From assembly GCA_963816145.1 (NCBI GenBank), contig CAWFJP010000017.1, positions 224,001 to 288,000 on the forward strand: a DNA stretch of 64,000 nt, in the 5' to 3' direction. Origin of the DNA: an uncultured delta proteobacterium. GTDB lineage: Bacteria; Desulfobacterota; Binatia; UBA9968. This document shows, piece after piece, positions 20,584-30,400 of this stretch (position 1 is the first letter of the stretch; each line of letters begins with the position of its first letter). The position numbers and the translations under genes are program-made. The notes under the pieces are model-generated. The model was not told where the DNA came from. It saw only the letters and a list, made by a program, of their open reading frames with translations, and ran no database searches.

Positions 20584-20612
20584 AATGTAATCACGACAAC
20601 TTATCCTGTCAA
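20584..20612 (-). promoter_or_regulatory. Putative sigma70-type promoter of grpE-dnaK-dnaJ
   Basis: Minus strand TTGACA-17 bp-TACATT, about 35 bp upstream of grpE. Confidence 0.6.
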
Positions 20613-20714
20613 GTTTCGTCGCATTGAAAACACTTGTGAAATTAAATAGTTGTCGTATTTCATAAAAAGTGTTACGGTGCCCAAGTAACGGTACTAAGAT
20701 AAACCCGCTTGTTC

Positions 20715-21512
20715 ATGCGTTCGAGCCAAACCACTCCGGCCATTGTACTGCGAGCCCGGCCTTACGGCGAGTCAGATAAAATAGTTTCGTTTTTAACCGA
20801 GGATTTTGGAAAACTGACCGGAATTGCTAAGGGTGCGTTGCGGTCCCGGCGGCGGTTCATGAATTCACTAGAGCCATTTTCGTTGGTGCGCCTACATTTC
20901 CAAGAGCGCGCCCATAGCAATCTTGCTTTTATTGCAGGTGCGGACCTTTTGTTCGGTTTGCGGCGGTTGGCGTCAAGCTTGGAACGAATCTCATATGCTT
21001 CTTATCTGGTGGAAATCACCGACGGATTGATTAGCGAACGTGAAGAGAATTCGGCGGTCTTCCAACACTTGAGGAATGGCCTGCGTTACTTGGAAGAGAG
21101 CGGCAGTTCGCTTAGGTTTCTGACTCACTACGAACTCAAATTGCTCCACTTGGCCGGTTATCGCCCGGCGATGGACGTTTGTAAACGCTGTGGACAAGCG
21201 CGCTATGACGCACAGTTGAGTCAATGGCACTTTAGTCCGGCCGATGGCGGCGTGTTGTGCGATTCTTGCTCGCGGATGCGCCGTGAAGTCTTGCCATTGG
21301 GGCACCTGGCGGCCGATACGCTGTCAACGTTGCAAACGGATGCCAGTGATGATCTTAGCAGTCGCGTTTTTCTGCCATCATCAGTCATTAGAGAGATGCG
21401 CACGGTTTTGCTTCATTTCATTCAGTATCAGATAGATCGTGAGATCAAGTCAGCTGCGTTCTTAAGTCAGTTTTCCGCACTGGATAAAAAGCCTCCACCT
21501 AGAAATTTCTGA
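20715..21512 (+). CDS. recO: DNA repair protein RecO
   Basis: YGESDKIV.FLT...GK..GIAKGA..SRRRF, CxxC...CxxC zinc finger. Confidence 0.95.
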   Translation: MRSSQTTPAIVLRARPYGESDKIVSFLTEDFGKLTGIAKGALRSRRRFMNSLEPFSLVRLHFQERAHSNLAFIAGADLLFGLRRLASSLERISYASYLVEITDGLISEREENSAVFQHLRNGLRYLEESGSSLRFLTHYELKLLHLAGYRPAMDVCKRCGQARYDAQLSQWHFSPADGGVLCDSCSRMRREVLPLGHLAADTLSTLQTDASDDLSSRVFLPSSVIREMRTVLLHFIQYQIDREIKSAAFLSQFSALDKKPPPRNF

Positions 21513-21544
21513 TTGGGTTTGGAGAATTGCGAGGATTGACCCTC

Positions 21545-24259
21545 ATGCCAAAAAAATATCGCCTCACCTACTCATTTGGCGCTGGCAAAGCACAGGGTAA
21601 TGCCCAGATGCGCGACATCCTCGGTGGCAAGGGTGCCGGGCTCCATGAAATGACTCGAATCGGCGTTCCGGTGCCGCCAGGGTTTACGATTCCAACCGAG
21701 GTCTGCAGTTATTTCTACGCGCATCAGCATCGCTATCCAAACGGGCTCAAACGGGCAGTCGCTGGTGCTTTGAAAGAAATTGAAAAGAACCTCGTTCGGC
21801 GTTTCGGCGATCCGGCTAATCCCCTCTTGGTTTCGGTTCGCTCCGGGGCACGCGAATCCATGCCCGGTATGATGGATACGGTTCTCAATCTTGGGCTCAA
21901 TGATCGCACAGTGGAAGGATTAGCGGCGCGCTCGAAAAATCCCCGATTTGCTTACGATTCCTACCGACGGTTTGTCCAAATGTACGCTGACGTCGTTCTA
22001 GGAATAAAATCCAAGGACAAAATCGCTGCCGAACCTTTAACACAAATTCTCGACAGCAAAAAGCTGCGCCGTGGTGTTCAGAATGACACCGACCTGACCG
22101 TCGATGATTTGCGTGAGCTGGTGACCGAATACAAGAGCGAAATCCGTACCCTGCTTGGTAAGGAGTTTCCCGAAGACCCCTATGAACAGTTGTGGGGTGC
22201 GATTGGAGCTGTGTTTGGCTCCTGGAATAACGATCGCGCCATTGCTTATCGCGACCTTTACCGGATTCCGCATCATTGGGGCACGGCGGTCAACGTCCAA
22301 GCGATGGTGTTCGGCAACTTGGGCGATCGCTGCGCCACCGGTGTGACGTTTACCCGTGATCCTGCCACTGGGGACAAGTGTTTTTACGGCGAGTTTTTGG
22401 TCAACGCCCAGGGGGAGGACGTAGTCGCGGGCATTCGCACGCCTAGATCGATCATCGAACTCAAGCAGGTTATGTCCAAAGCCTTCGACAAGCTCCGGCT
22501 GATTTGCACGCTTCTCGAAAGGCATTTTCGCGAGATGCAGGACATCGAGTTCACCATCGAAGATGACAAGCTGTGGGTGTTGCAAACTCGCACCGGTAAG
22601 CGTACCGGCTTCGCTTCGCTGCGCATCGCCGTCGACATGGTGACCGAGCGGATCATCAGCAAGCAAGAAGCATTACTTCGGGTTGAGCCGGATCAACTCA
22701 ATCAGTTGCTGCGGCCGATCTTTGATCGACGAGGTAAGGAGAGCGCACAAGAAGAGGGACGTCTCCTCGGTCGTGGTTTAGCCGCCGGACCGGGGGCGGC
22801 CACCGGACGGATTGTCTTTCACGCCGAAGATGCGGTTGCGTGGAACAATCGCGGCGAGCGCGTCATCCTTTGCCGCGTTGAAACCAGCCCGGACGATATC
22901 CGTGGCATGGATGCATCGCAGGGCGTCTTGACCGCGCGAGGCGGGATGACTTCCCACGCTGCGTTGGTTGCCCGGCAAATGGGTAAAGTCTGCGTTGCCG
23001 GCTGCGAGGCTTTACAAATTGATTACGCCACCCGCGTACTACACGTGGAAGACACTGAACTGCGCGAGGGCGATTGGATTTCCATCGATGGCAGCACTGG
23101 TGCGGTATTCCGCGGCGAGATTCAAACCCTTCCTTCGGAGATTCTCCAGGTACTATTGAACCGCTCGCTTGATGCGCGGCAATCGATGATCTACCAGTAC
23201 TTTTCTAAATTCATGAAGTGGGCGGATCAAACTCGAACGCTTGGTGTCCGAACCAATGCGGACCAACCAGATCAGGCTGCCATTGCCAGGGCCTTCGGCA
23301 GCGAAGGCATCGGATTATGTCGCACCGAACATATGTTTTTTCAGGGCGATCGTATCCAAGCTGTCCGCGAGATGATCCTTGCCGACGATGAAACCGGCCG
23401 GCGCCGCGCTTTAGCTAAGCTGTTACCGATGCAGCGGCAAGATTTCAAAGGTATTTTTGGCATCATGGGTAGTCTGCCGGTGACGATACGCACTCTTGAT
23501 CCGCCGCTCCATGAGTTCTTGCCGAAGACCGATGCAGAAATCCAAGAACTCGCTCAAGTGATGGGTGTTGAAGTGGGGACCTTGCGCAACAAGGTCAACG
23601 TGCTGCATGAATTCAATCCGATGTTGGGCCATCGTGGCTGCCGCTTGGGAATCTCGTACCCCGAGATTACCGAGATGCAGGCACAAGCGATCTTTGAGGC
23701 TGCTTGTGAGCTTCGGCGGGAGGGTCAAAATCCATTCCCGGAAATAATGATTCCACTCGTCGGCTCACGCCAAGAGCTGCATGAACAGCGTGTTATCGTC
23801 GACCGAGTCGCAGCCGAGACGATGAAGGCGTATGGAGTCAAAGTGCACTATTCCATCGGCACGATGATCGAATTACCAAGGGCGTGCATGGTTGCCGATG
23901 AAATCGCAGAGGAAGCGGAGTTCTTTTCTTTTGGCACCAATGATTTGACCCAGACCTGTTTGGGCCTATCGCGAGACGATGCCGGCAAGTTCTTACCAAG
24001 CTACGTTCTTCATGGTTTGCTGCCCGATGATCCATTCGTAAGCATCGATCGAGATGGTGTTGGCGCACTTATGCGCATCGCCATCACTAAAGGTCGTCGG
24101 CGACACAAGGGATTGGAAATGGGGATTTGCGGCGAACATGGTGGAGAACCACGTTCAATCGAATTTTGTCACCAAATCGGTTTGAATTACGTAAGTTGCT
24201 CTCCGTATCGCATAGCCATCGCCAAATTATCTGCCGCGCAGGCTGCTCTAAAAAAATAA
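21545..24259 (+). CDS. ppdK: Pyruvate, phosphate dikinase
   Basis: LGGKGAGL, SMPGMMDT, GGMTSHAA, GLCRTEHMF, SFGTNDLTQ, GICGEHGG. Confidence 0.98.
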   Translation: MPKKYRLTYSFGAGKAQGNAQMRDILGGKGAGLHEMTRIGVPVPPGFTIPTEVCSYFYAHQHRYPNGLKRAVAGALKEIEKNLVRRFGDPANPLLVSVRSGARESMPGMMDTVLNLGLNDRTVEGLAARSKNPRFAYDSYRRFVQMYADVVLGIKSKDKIAAEPLTQILDSKKLRRGVQNDTDLTVDDLRELVTEYKSEIRTLLGKEFPEDPYEQLWGAIGAVFGSWNNDRAIAYRDLYRIPHHWGTAVNVQAMVFGNLGDRCATGVTFTRDPATGDKCFYGEFLVNAQGEDVVAGIRTPRSIIELKQVMSKAFDKLRLICTLLERHFREMQDIEFTIEDDKLWVLQTRTGKRTGFASLRIAVDMVTERIISKQEALLRVEPDQLNQLLRPIFDRRGKESAQEEGRLLGRGLAAGPGAATGRIVFHAEDAVAWNNRGERVILCRVETSPDDIRGMDASQGVLTARGGMTSHAALVARQMGKVCVAGCEALQIDYATRVLHVEDTELREGDWISIDGSTGAVFRGEIQTLPSEILQVLLNRSLDARQSMIYQYFSKFMKWADQTRTLGVRTNADQPDQAAIARAFGSEGIGLCRTEHMFFQGDRIQAVREMILADDETGRRRALAKLLPMQRQDFKGIFGIMGSLPVTIRTLDPPLHEFLPKTDAEIQELAQVMGVEVGTLRNKVNVLHEFNPMLGHRGCRLGISYPEITEMQAQAIFEAACELRREGQNPFPEIMIPLVGSRQELHEQRVIVDRVAAETMKAYGVKVHYSIGTMIELPRACMVADEIAEEAEFFSFGTNDLTQTCLGLSRDDAGKFLPSYVLHGLLPDDPFVSIDRDGVGALMRIAITKGRRRHKGLEMGICGEHGGEPRSIEFCHQIGLNYVSCSPYRIAIAKLSAAQAALKK

Positions 24260-24338
24260 CTTATATTTATCGAGGGGTTGCTACACTCCCTTCTAGTTAT
24301 AAAACTCAATTCTTTTATCGTGAAGGTTGTACATTTTA

Positions 24339-24367
24339 TTGACAGAAATTTGGCGATCAACGATAAT
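24339..24367 (+). promoter_or_regulatory. Putative sigma70 promoter of pilB
   Basis: TTGACA-17 bp-GATAAT, 22 bp upstream of the pilB ATG. Confidence 0.6.
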
Positions 24368-24389
24368 TTGGTACTCAGCGTAACAAATT

Positions 24390-26117
24390 ATGGAACCACG
24401 AATTGCGGAACTGTTAGTAAAAGGTGGCATTGTCTCCCGCGAGCAGCTGGTCGAAGCCCACAAAAAAGAGCAAGAAAACAACTCCAGTATTGGCAAGGAA
24501 ATCGTTCGCTTAGGCTTCACTACGGAAGAAGTTCTCGCCGATTTTTTGGCGAAGCAATTCGGCATTGAGTGTGTTGAGCTGGTTCCTACCGACACAGATG
24601 ATGCGGTCTTTTCGGTCGTCCCTCCCCAGATCGTTCAAAAGCACCAAATCATCCCGATCAAGCTGATCGGTTCCAGTTTGACGATTGCGATTGCGGACCC
24701 CACGGATTTAGTCGCCATCAACGAAGTAAAGTTTGTCACCGGTTACGGGGTTCGCTCCGTGATCGCGACTCCAACCGGAATCAAGAAGGTTCTGGATCAT
24801 CGATTTGGCGGAGTCAGTTACGACGATGTCTTAAAAAAATTCGGCGATGGTGAGATGGAGGTCATCCAAGAAAACGACGACGTCAATCTACAAGAACTGC
24901 AACAAGCCACCATGGATGCACCGGTGGTCACGTTGGTCAACGCGATCTTGGCGGACGCCGCCAAACGCCGCTGCAGCGATATCCACATCGAGCCTTACGA
25001 AAAAGTATTTCGGGTGCGATTCCGAATTGACGGGGTGCTCCAGGAAATCATGAGTCCGCCGCTTCGGCTCAAGAACGCCTTGGTTTCGCGTCTGAAAGTC
25101 ATGGCAGGTCTTGATATCGCAGAGCGTCGTTTGACCCAGGACGGCCGCATTAAACTCAAGATGGGTTCAGGCGGCGAGTTAGATATTCGCGTATCCATCT
25201 TGCCCACCCTGTTTGGCGAGAAGGTCGTCATGCGTTTGTTGGACAAGTCCAACCTTCAGCTAGATATGGCTAAGCTAGGTTTCGATCCGCAAAATCTCAA
25301 AGACTTTCAAGACGCCATTCACAAACCTTACGGCATGATCCTGATCACCGGTCCGACCGGTAGCGGTAAATCTACGACACTTTATTCTGCTTTGTCCGAA
25401 CTCAATAAGCCGGACGTGAACATTTCCACCGCAGAAGACCCAGTCGAGTACAATCTGATGGGCATCAATCAAGTGCAGGTCCGAGACCAGATCGGCCTTA
25501 ATTTCGCCGCGGCGTTGCGCTCATTCCTTCGCCAGGACCCGGATATCATTATGGTCGGTGAAATCCGCGATCTTGAAACGGCGCAGATTGCCATTAAAGC
25601 GGCGCTCACCGGCCATCTAGTTTTGAGTACCTTGCATACCAACGATTGCCCCGCGACTGTCGATCGTCTGATCAACATGGGCGTGGAAACTTTTCTATTG
25701 ACCTCCTCAATCAATCTAATTCTAGCCCAGCGGTTAGTCAGGAAAATCTGCGACAAATGTAAGGAGCCGATCGACATCAAACCGGAAGTTCTGATCAATT
25801 TAGGAGTCGATGCTGCCGATATCGGCGCGGGCTTTCCGACATTTCACGGTAAGGGTTGTGCGAATTGCGGCGGCACCGGATACCGTGGGCGATTGGCCGT
25901 TTATGAAGTGATGGTGATGCACGAAGCACTCAAGGAATTAATCATTAAAGGCGTATCATCAATGGAGCTCAAACGTGAGGCGGTAAAATTGGGCATGAGC
26001 ACTCTGCGCATGAGTGCCTTACAGAAGGTCCGTGACGGGTTTACGACAGTCGACGAGACCATTCGTGTCACCGATACGGATAAAGGATTTGGCTCAGTGT
26101 TCTCGTTGGGATTCTAG
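24390..26117 (+). CDS. pilB: Type IV-A pilus assembly ATPase PilB
   Basis: SDIHIEP, GPTGSGKSTT, EDPVE, LRQDPD, GHLVLSTLHTND, CxxC..CxxC. Confidence 0.96.
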   Translation: MEPRIAELLVKGGIVSREQLVEAHKKEQENNSSIGKEIVRLGFTTEEVLADFLAKQFGIECVELVPTDTDDAVFSVVPPQIVQKHQIIPIKLIGSSLTIAIADPTDLVAINEVKFVTGYGVRSVIATPTGIKKVLDHRFGGVSYDDVLKKFGDGEMEVIQENDDVNLQELQQATMDAPVVTLVNAILADAAKRRCSDIHIEPYEKVFRVRFRIDGVLQEIMSPPLRLKNALVSRLKVMAGLDIAERRLTQDGRIKLKMGSGGELDIRVSILPTLFGEKVVMRLLDKSNLQLDMAKLGFDPQNLKDFQDAIHKPYGMILITGPTGSGKSTTLYSALSELNKPDVNISTAEDPVEYNLMGINQVQVRDQIGLNFAAALRSFLRQDPDIIMVGEIRDLETAQIAIKAALTGHLVLSTLHTNDCPATVDRLINMGVETFLLTSSINLILAQRLVRKICDKCKEPIDIKPEVLINLGVDAADIGAGFPTFHGKGCANCGGTGYRGRLAVYEVMVMHEALKELIIKGVSSMELKREAVKLGMSTLRMSALQKVRDGFTTVDETIRVTDTDKGFGSVFSLGF

Positions 26118-26208
26118 TACGGCGCAACCGAGGATTCATCGCTGATGGATCCACTTTTCGTAAAAGCGCTTGCGTTGGAAATCGAGTAGAGTCGGGACGA
26201 ATTGATCT

Positions 26209-27435
26209 ATGGCTATTTTCGTTTGGGAAGGGCGAACCGCCCAGGGACGAATCGTCAAAGGTGACACTCTTGAGGCGCCGAATTTAGAAGCCGCATTGGC
26301 GCGTCTTCGCGAGCAACGGATACGCCCCATTGCCAACAAGGTTCGAGAGAAGGGCGCAGGACTCGATAAAGAACTAAGCATCCCCGGATTTGGCCCGACG
26401 GTTTCGACTAAAGAGCTCTCTGTTGCTACCCGGCAGCTAGCGACGATGATCGACGCTGGTCTGCCGATTGTGCAATGCCTCGAAATTCTTGGTGAGCAGT
26501 CCGAGAACAAGCTACTGCGTACTACCATTACTTCCATACGCCGGGACGTTGAAGGTGGTTGTACGCTCGCAGATGCGCTGCGGAAACATCCAAAAATCTT
26601 CGACGAGCTCTACGTCAATATGGTGGAAGCAGGAGAAGCCGGCGGTATACTGAACACAATTCTCAATCGAATTGCTCTGTTCATCGAGAAAGCAAGCAGG
26701 CTAAAAAAGAAGGTCAAGGGCGCAATGATTTACCCGGTTGCCATCGTACTGGTGGCTATCGTTGTGGTCGCCGTCTTGATGATCTTTGTCATCCCAGTAT
26801 TCGCCGAACTCTACGGCAGCATGGGACAAGCACTCCCCGCGCCGACGCAAATCTGTATTAACATCAGTAACTTTTTTGTCGCCTATTGGTGGCTCATGTT
26901 GTTGACAGCCATAGGTGTCGTTACGGCCATCAAGCTCTATTACAAGACCCCGCAGGGTCACATGAAAATCGACGCGCTCCTTTTGCGCATGCCAGTCATC
27001 GGTGACCTGCTCAGAAAAGTTGCGGTGGCGCGGTTTTCTCAGAATATGGCATTACTCTTGAGTTCCGGAGTACCGATCTTGGATGGCCTAGCCATCACGG
27101 GAAAAACCGCTGGTAACAAAGTCGTCGAAAAAGCCATCATGGAGAGCCGGGTTAGTATTAGCAAAGGAAACACAGTAGCGGAGCCCTTGCGTGAAAGCAA
27201 AATATTTCCGCCGCTTGTTTGTCAGATGGTTGCCGTCGGCGAAAGCACCGGCGGGCTCGATGGAATGCTGCGTAAGGTTGCCGAGCTTTACGAAGAAGAG
27301 GTCGATGACGCGGTTAACAATCTTACAGCGATGATGGAACCGGCGATTATGGTGGTGTTGGGGGTGATCCTCGGTGGCTTGGTCGTCGCGATGTATTTGC
27401 CCATCTTTCAGATGGGCTCATTGGTTGGCAATTAG
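26209..27435 (+). CDS. pilC: Type IV pilus platform protein PilC (T2SS F family)
   Basis: RQLATMIDAGLP, AGEAGG.L, GAMIYP, LLSSGVPIL, VGESTG.LD.ML, MYLPIF. Confidence 0.95.
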   Translation: MAIFVWEGRTAQGRIVKGDTLEAPNLEAALARLREQRIRPIANKVREKGAGLDKELSIPGFGPTVSTKELSVATRQLATMIDAGLPIVQCLEILGEQSENKLLRTTITSIRRDVEGGCTLADALRKHPKIFDELYVNMVEAGEAGGILNTILNRIALFIEKASRLKKKVKGAMIYPVAIVLVAIVVVAVLMIFVIPVFAELYGSMGQALPAPTQICINISNFFVAYWWLMLLTAIGVVTAIKLYYKTPQGHMKIDALLLRMPVIGDLLRKVAVARFSQNMALLLSSGVPILDGLAITGKTAGNKVVEKAIMESRVSISKGNTVAEPLRESKIFPPLVCQMVAVGESTGGLDGMLRKVAELYEEEVDDAVNNLTAMMEPAIMVVLGVILGGLVVAMYLPIFQMGSLVGN

Positions 27436-27488
27436 TACGATTTTCAGAACTTCAACACATTAGTCTATCCAACAGAGGAATACCGAGA

Positions 27489-29540
27489 TTGAGTGACGAA
27501 AGAAAAGACCTGAACGAGAAAATCAGGTGGCTACTCCTTCTTCGGGTAGTGATCCTTAGTTTTTTTCTGGGAGCTACGGCTCTCGTCCATTTCTTCCAAG
27601 CGGAATGGGACATTAGGTATCTCATCAGTCTCTCTTTACCGCTGATTCTCGCGTACGCGATTTCGATCGGTTCAGCACTGCTCTTGCCGCGGTTGAAGCA
27701 TCTCCGAGCATTTGCCCATGGGCAGGTAGCTTTGGACGTACTCCTGATCACAGGGATTATCTGGATCACCGGCGATAGCTCTAGCCCGTTTTCTTTTCTT
27801 TACAATCTCGCGGTTATCAACGCAGCGATTTTACTGTTTTATCAAGGCGCGTTAATCGCCGCTGGCATTTCAAGCGTGTGTTACGCAGCGCTTCTTTTGT
27901 GGTCGCATCACTTGCTGCAAAATGGCACCAGTATTCCACTATCGTGGACTGCATTGGTGACGATGGTGATCAACGTCGGCAGTTTCTTCGTAATTGCTGC
28001 GCTGAGTGGATATCTCACGGACAAACTGGGCAAAACGCAGAAGCTGCTACAAGAAAAACAGATAGATTTTCAGGAGCTCGATGCGTTCAAGGAAGCGCTC
28101 TTGCAAGGCATCGGTAGCGGCGTAGCTATCACCGATAGTCAGGGGCGAATCAACTATTTTAATCAGCAAGCGCAGAATTTAACCTCGCTTGGCGAGGCGG
28201 ATGTGATTGGAAAACGGCTCGACCAAATCTTCCCTGGATTACAATTCGATTTCCAGCGTGGCGGCCGTAGCGGTGCCGTCTTCAACGAAGAGCTTCCGTT
28301 ACCTGGTTTACAAGGAGTCCCAAAACAAGTGCGTTTGACGCTGGCCCCGCTCAGTGATTCTGACGAACAGCTTCTCGGGTATGTTTCTATTTTCGAGGAC
28401 ATCACAAAACAAAAACAGATCGAAGAAAAAGTTCGGATCGAGGAAGAACTGCGCAGATCGCGGGAAGTCGAATTACAGGTACCTTCCATTGGATTTGACG
28501 ACGTGCCTTTTCGCTTCGAAGGAGTCGTGGGTAAAAGCGGCGGCATGGAAAAGATTTGCCAGCTCATTCAAAAAGTTGCGGTGAGCAGCACTAACGTTTT
28601 GATCTCTGGTGAAAGCGGGACGGGTAAGGAGCTGGTTGCGAGAGCGGTTCACTTAAACGGGCCTCGGCAAAACAAACCCTTCGTGGGAGTCAATTGCGGT
28701 GCCATCCCGGAAACGCTGATCGAGAGTGAATTATTTGGCCATGTGCGAGGGGCCTTTACCGGTGCGGTGGCGGATCACAGTGGGTTATTCAAACAAGCCG
28801 ACCAGGGAACCATATTTCTCGACGAAGTGGGCGAATTGCCGCTGCATCTCCAAGTAAAACTCTTGCGCATTTTGCAAGAGAAAACCTTCACGCCGGTCGG
28901 CGCCAGTAAACCTGTTAAGGTCGATGTGCGCGTGATTTCTGCGACCAACCGGGATTTGCGAAAGGAATTGGAAGAAGGCAGATTTCGCGAGGATCTTTTT
29001 TATCGGCTAAATGTAGTCAACATGGTCTTACCGCCACTGCGCAGCCGGAAAGAAGATATTCCTTCCCTCGCCCACTATTTTTTACGGAAATTTGCGGCTT
29101 CCCTCAACAAGAATGTCGAAGAAATCTCCAGCGGTGCCCTTATGCAGCTGATGAATCACACTTATCCGGGAAACGTCCGGGAGTTGGAAAACATCATTGA
29201 GCATGCAGTGGCGATAACCAACAAAAATATCGTCACGGAAGAAGATCTGCCGCAGCAACTGAGAGGTAAGACGATCATCAACGATAGCAATGTATTCGAG
29301 CAAACCGCGCCTGGCGGTGCCGAGGTATTCTTTGACAAGGGACTCTCTCTGGATGTGGAGCTAGAGACTCACGAGAAATGCATTTTGCTGGGAGCTCTCA
29401 AGCGCGCCAACGGAGTCCAGAAGAAGGCGGCGGAAATGCTAGGTATCAATTACCGGTCGCTGCGTCACCGCTTGGAAAAATACGACCTTCTAGGAGCAAA
29501 AAATCATTCTTTTTCTGAACAAACGAATAATACCGAGTAA
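27489..29540 (+). CDS. Membrane-anchored sigma54 activator: PilS-like TM sensor + PAS fused to PilR-like AAA+ and Fis HTH
   Basis: About 6 TM N-terminus with PilS-type TG...SPF.FLY; PAS ([15 protein letters not shown]...FEDIT); then [47 protein letters not shown]. Sits at the pilS-pilR position. No H-box, HATPase or receiver visible. Confidence 0.88.
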   Translation: MSDERKDLNEKIRWLLLLRVVILSFFLGATALVHFFQAEWDIRYLISLSLPLILAYAISIGSALLLPRLKHLRAFAHGQVALDVLLITGIIWITGDSSSPFSFLYNLAVINAAILLFYQGALIAAGISSVCYAALLLWSHHLLQNGTSIPLSWTALVTMVINVGSFFVIAALSGYLTDKLGKTQKLLQEKQIDFQELDAFKEALLQGIGSGVAITDSQGRINYFNQQAQNLTSLGEADVIGKRLDQIFPGLQFDFQRGGRSGAVFNEELPLPGLQGVPKQVRLTLAPLSDSDEQLLGYVSIFEDITKQKQIEEKVRIEEELRRSREVELQVPSIGFDDVPFRFEGVVGKSGGMEKICQLIQKVAVSSTNVLISGESGTGKELVARAVHLNGPRQNKPFVGVNCGAIPETLIESELFGHVRGAFTGAVADHSGLFKQADQGTIFLDEVGELPLHLQVKLLRILQEKTFTPVGASKPVKVDVRVISATNRDLRKELEEGRFREDLFYRLNVVNMVLPPLRSRKEDIPSLAHYFLRKFAASLNKNVEEISSGALMQLMNHTYPGNVRELENIIEHAVAITNKNIVTEEDLPQQLRGKTIINDSNVFEQTAPGGAEVFFDKGLSLDVELETHEKCILLGALKRANGVQKKAAEMLGINYRSLRHRLEKYDLLGAKNHSFSEQTNNTE

Positions 29541-29735
29541 CAAATTTTGTCACACCACCAATGTCCGCATTCCGTAAACTTGAATCTCATCCCTAACCAG
29601 AGCGCCTCTCATCGTTCAATTCAATCACAGACAGAACTTCTAACCTGTTGGAATTATGTGATTTCACTCAATTGTGACCGGAGTATTGACGAGATTCTTC
29701 CAACTTCAGACCATCATTTTAATTCAGCCATTGTT

Positions 29736-29751
29736 TGGCCTTTCAATTGCT
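29736..29751 (+). promoter_or_regulatory. Sigma54 (-24/-12) promoter of pilA
   Basis: TGGCCTTTCAATTGCT = GG-N10-GC, between the activator gene and the pilin. Confidence 0.75.
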
Positions 29752-29898
29752 TTAGTCGTGATTCAACGTTTTGAATCTTATAACAACTATGCGCAAGGAG
29801 GTGGCGATCGACGGCATAGAAGCCATGACAACGGATTGTTTCAGAATCGGAAAATCGTCTCAGAGTAACGGTACTTTACGAAAGGGAGTTGTCTAAAG

Positions 29899-30278
29899 AT
29901 GAAAAAGTTACGTTTGCAAAGTGATGCAGGTTTTACCTTGATCGAATTGTTGGTGGTAGTTGCCATCATAGGTATATTGGCGGCCATCGCGATTCCCCAG
30001 TTCGCGGCTTACAGAAAGCGCGGTCATGAGGCACAGATTAAGTCCGACTTGAGAAACGCTGCGGTCGCGGAGGAGGCATACTTCGCAGCAAATTCGGTCT
30101 ATAAAGCAGGTACAATGACCTCGGGTACACCCGCAGGTTTCAACGCCACTACCGGAGTCACTGTAGTTTCAGCAATCGGACTAACACTTTCCAGTTGACC
30201 GCACTCATACGAATTGTTCTGGAAGTACTGGACTCGAGCAGTACCGGCCAGATCACCGCCAACCAGGCCTGTCAGTAA
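29899..30278 (+). CDS. pilA: Type IV-A major pilin (C-terminus apparently frameshifted in this sequence)
   Basis: Prepilin G|[24 protein letters not shown]. The ORF stops at 30198, but shifted frames continue as NTFQLTA / HTNCSGST / [13 protein letters not shown] (stop 30276-30278) with a Cys pair, ending just before a terminator. Confidence 0.9.
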
Positions 30279-30300
30279 CACTGTTTAGCAGTTGATGAAC

Positions 30301-30340
30301 AAAAAAGGGGGTGGCTCTTACGAACCACCCCCTTTTTTCT
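30301..30340 (+). terminator. Intrinsic terminator after pilA
   Basis: AAAAAAGGGGGTGG-loop-CCACCCCCTTTTTT. Confidence 0.85.
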
Positions 30341-30400
30341 ATCTCATTTTTTCCAAGACAGGCAATTAATTATGAGTTCGAGAGTGGCAAAGGGTCCGCA

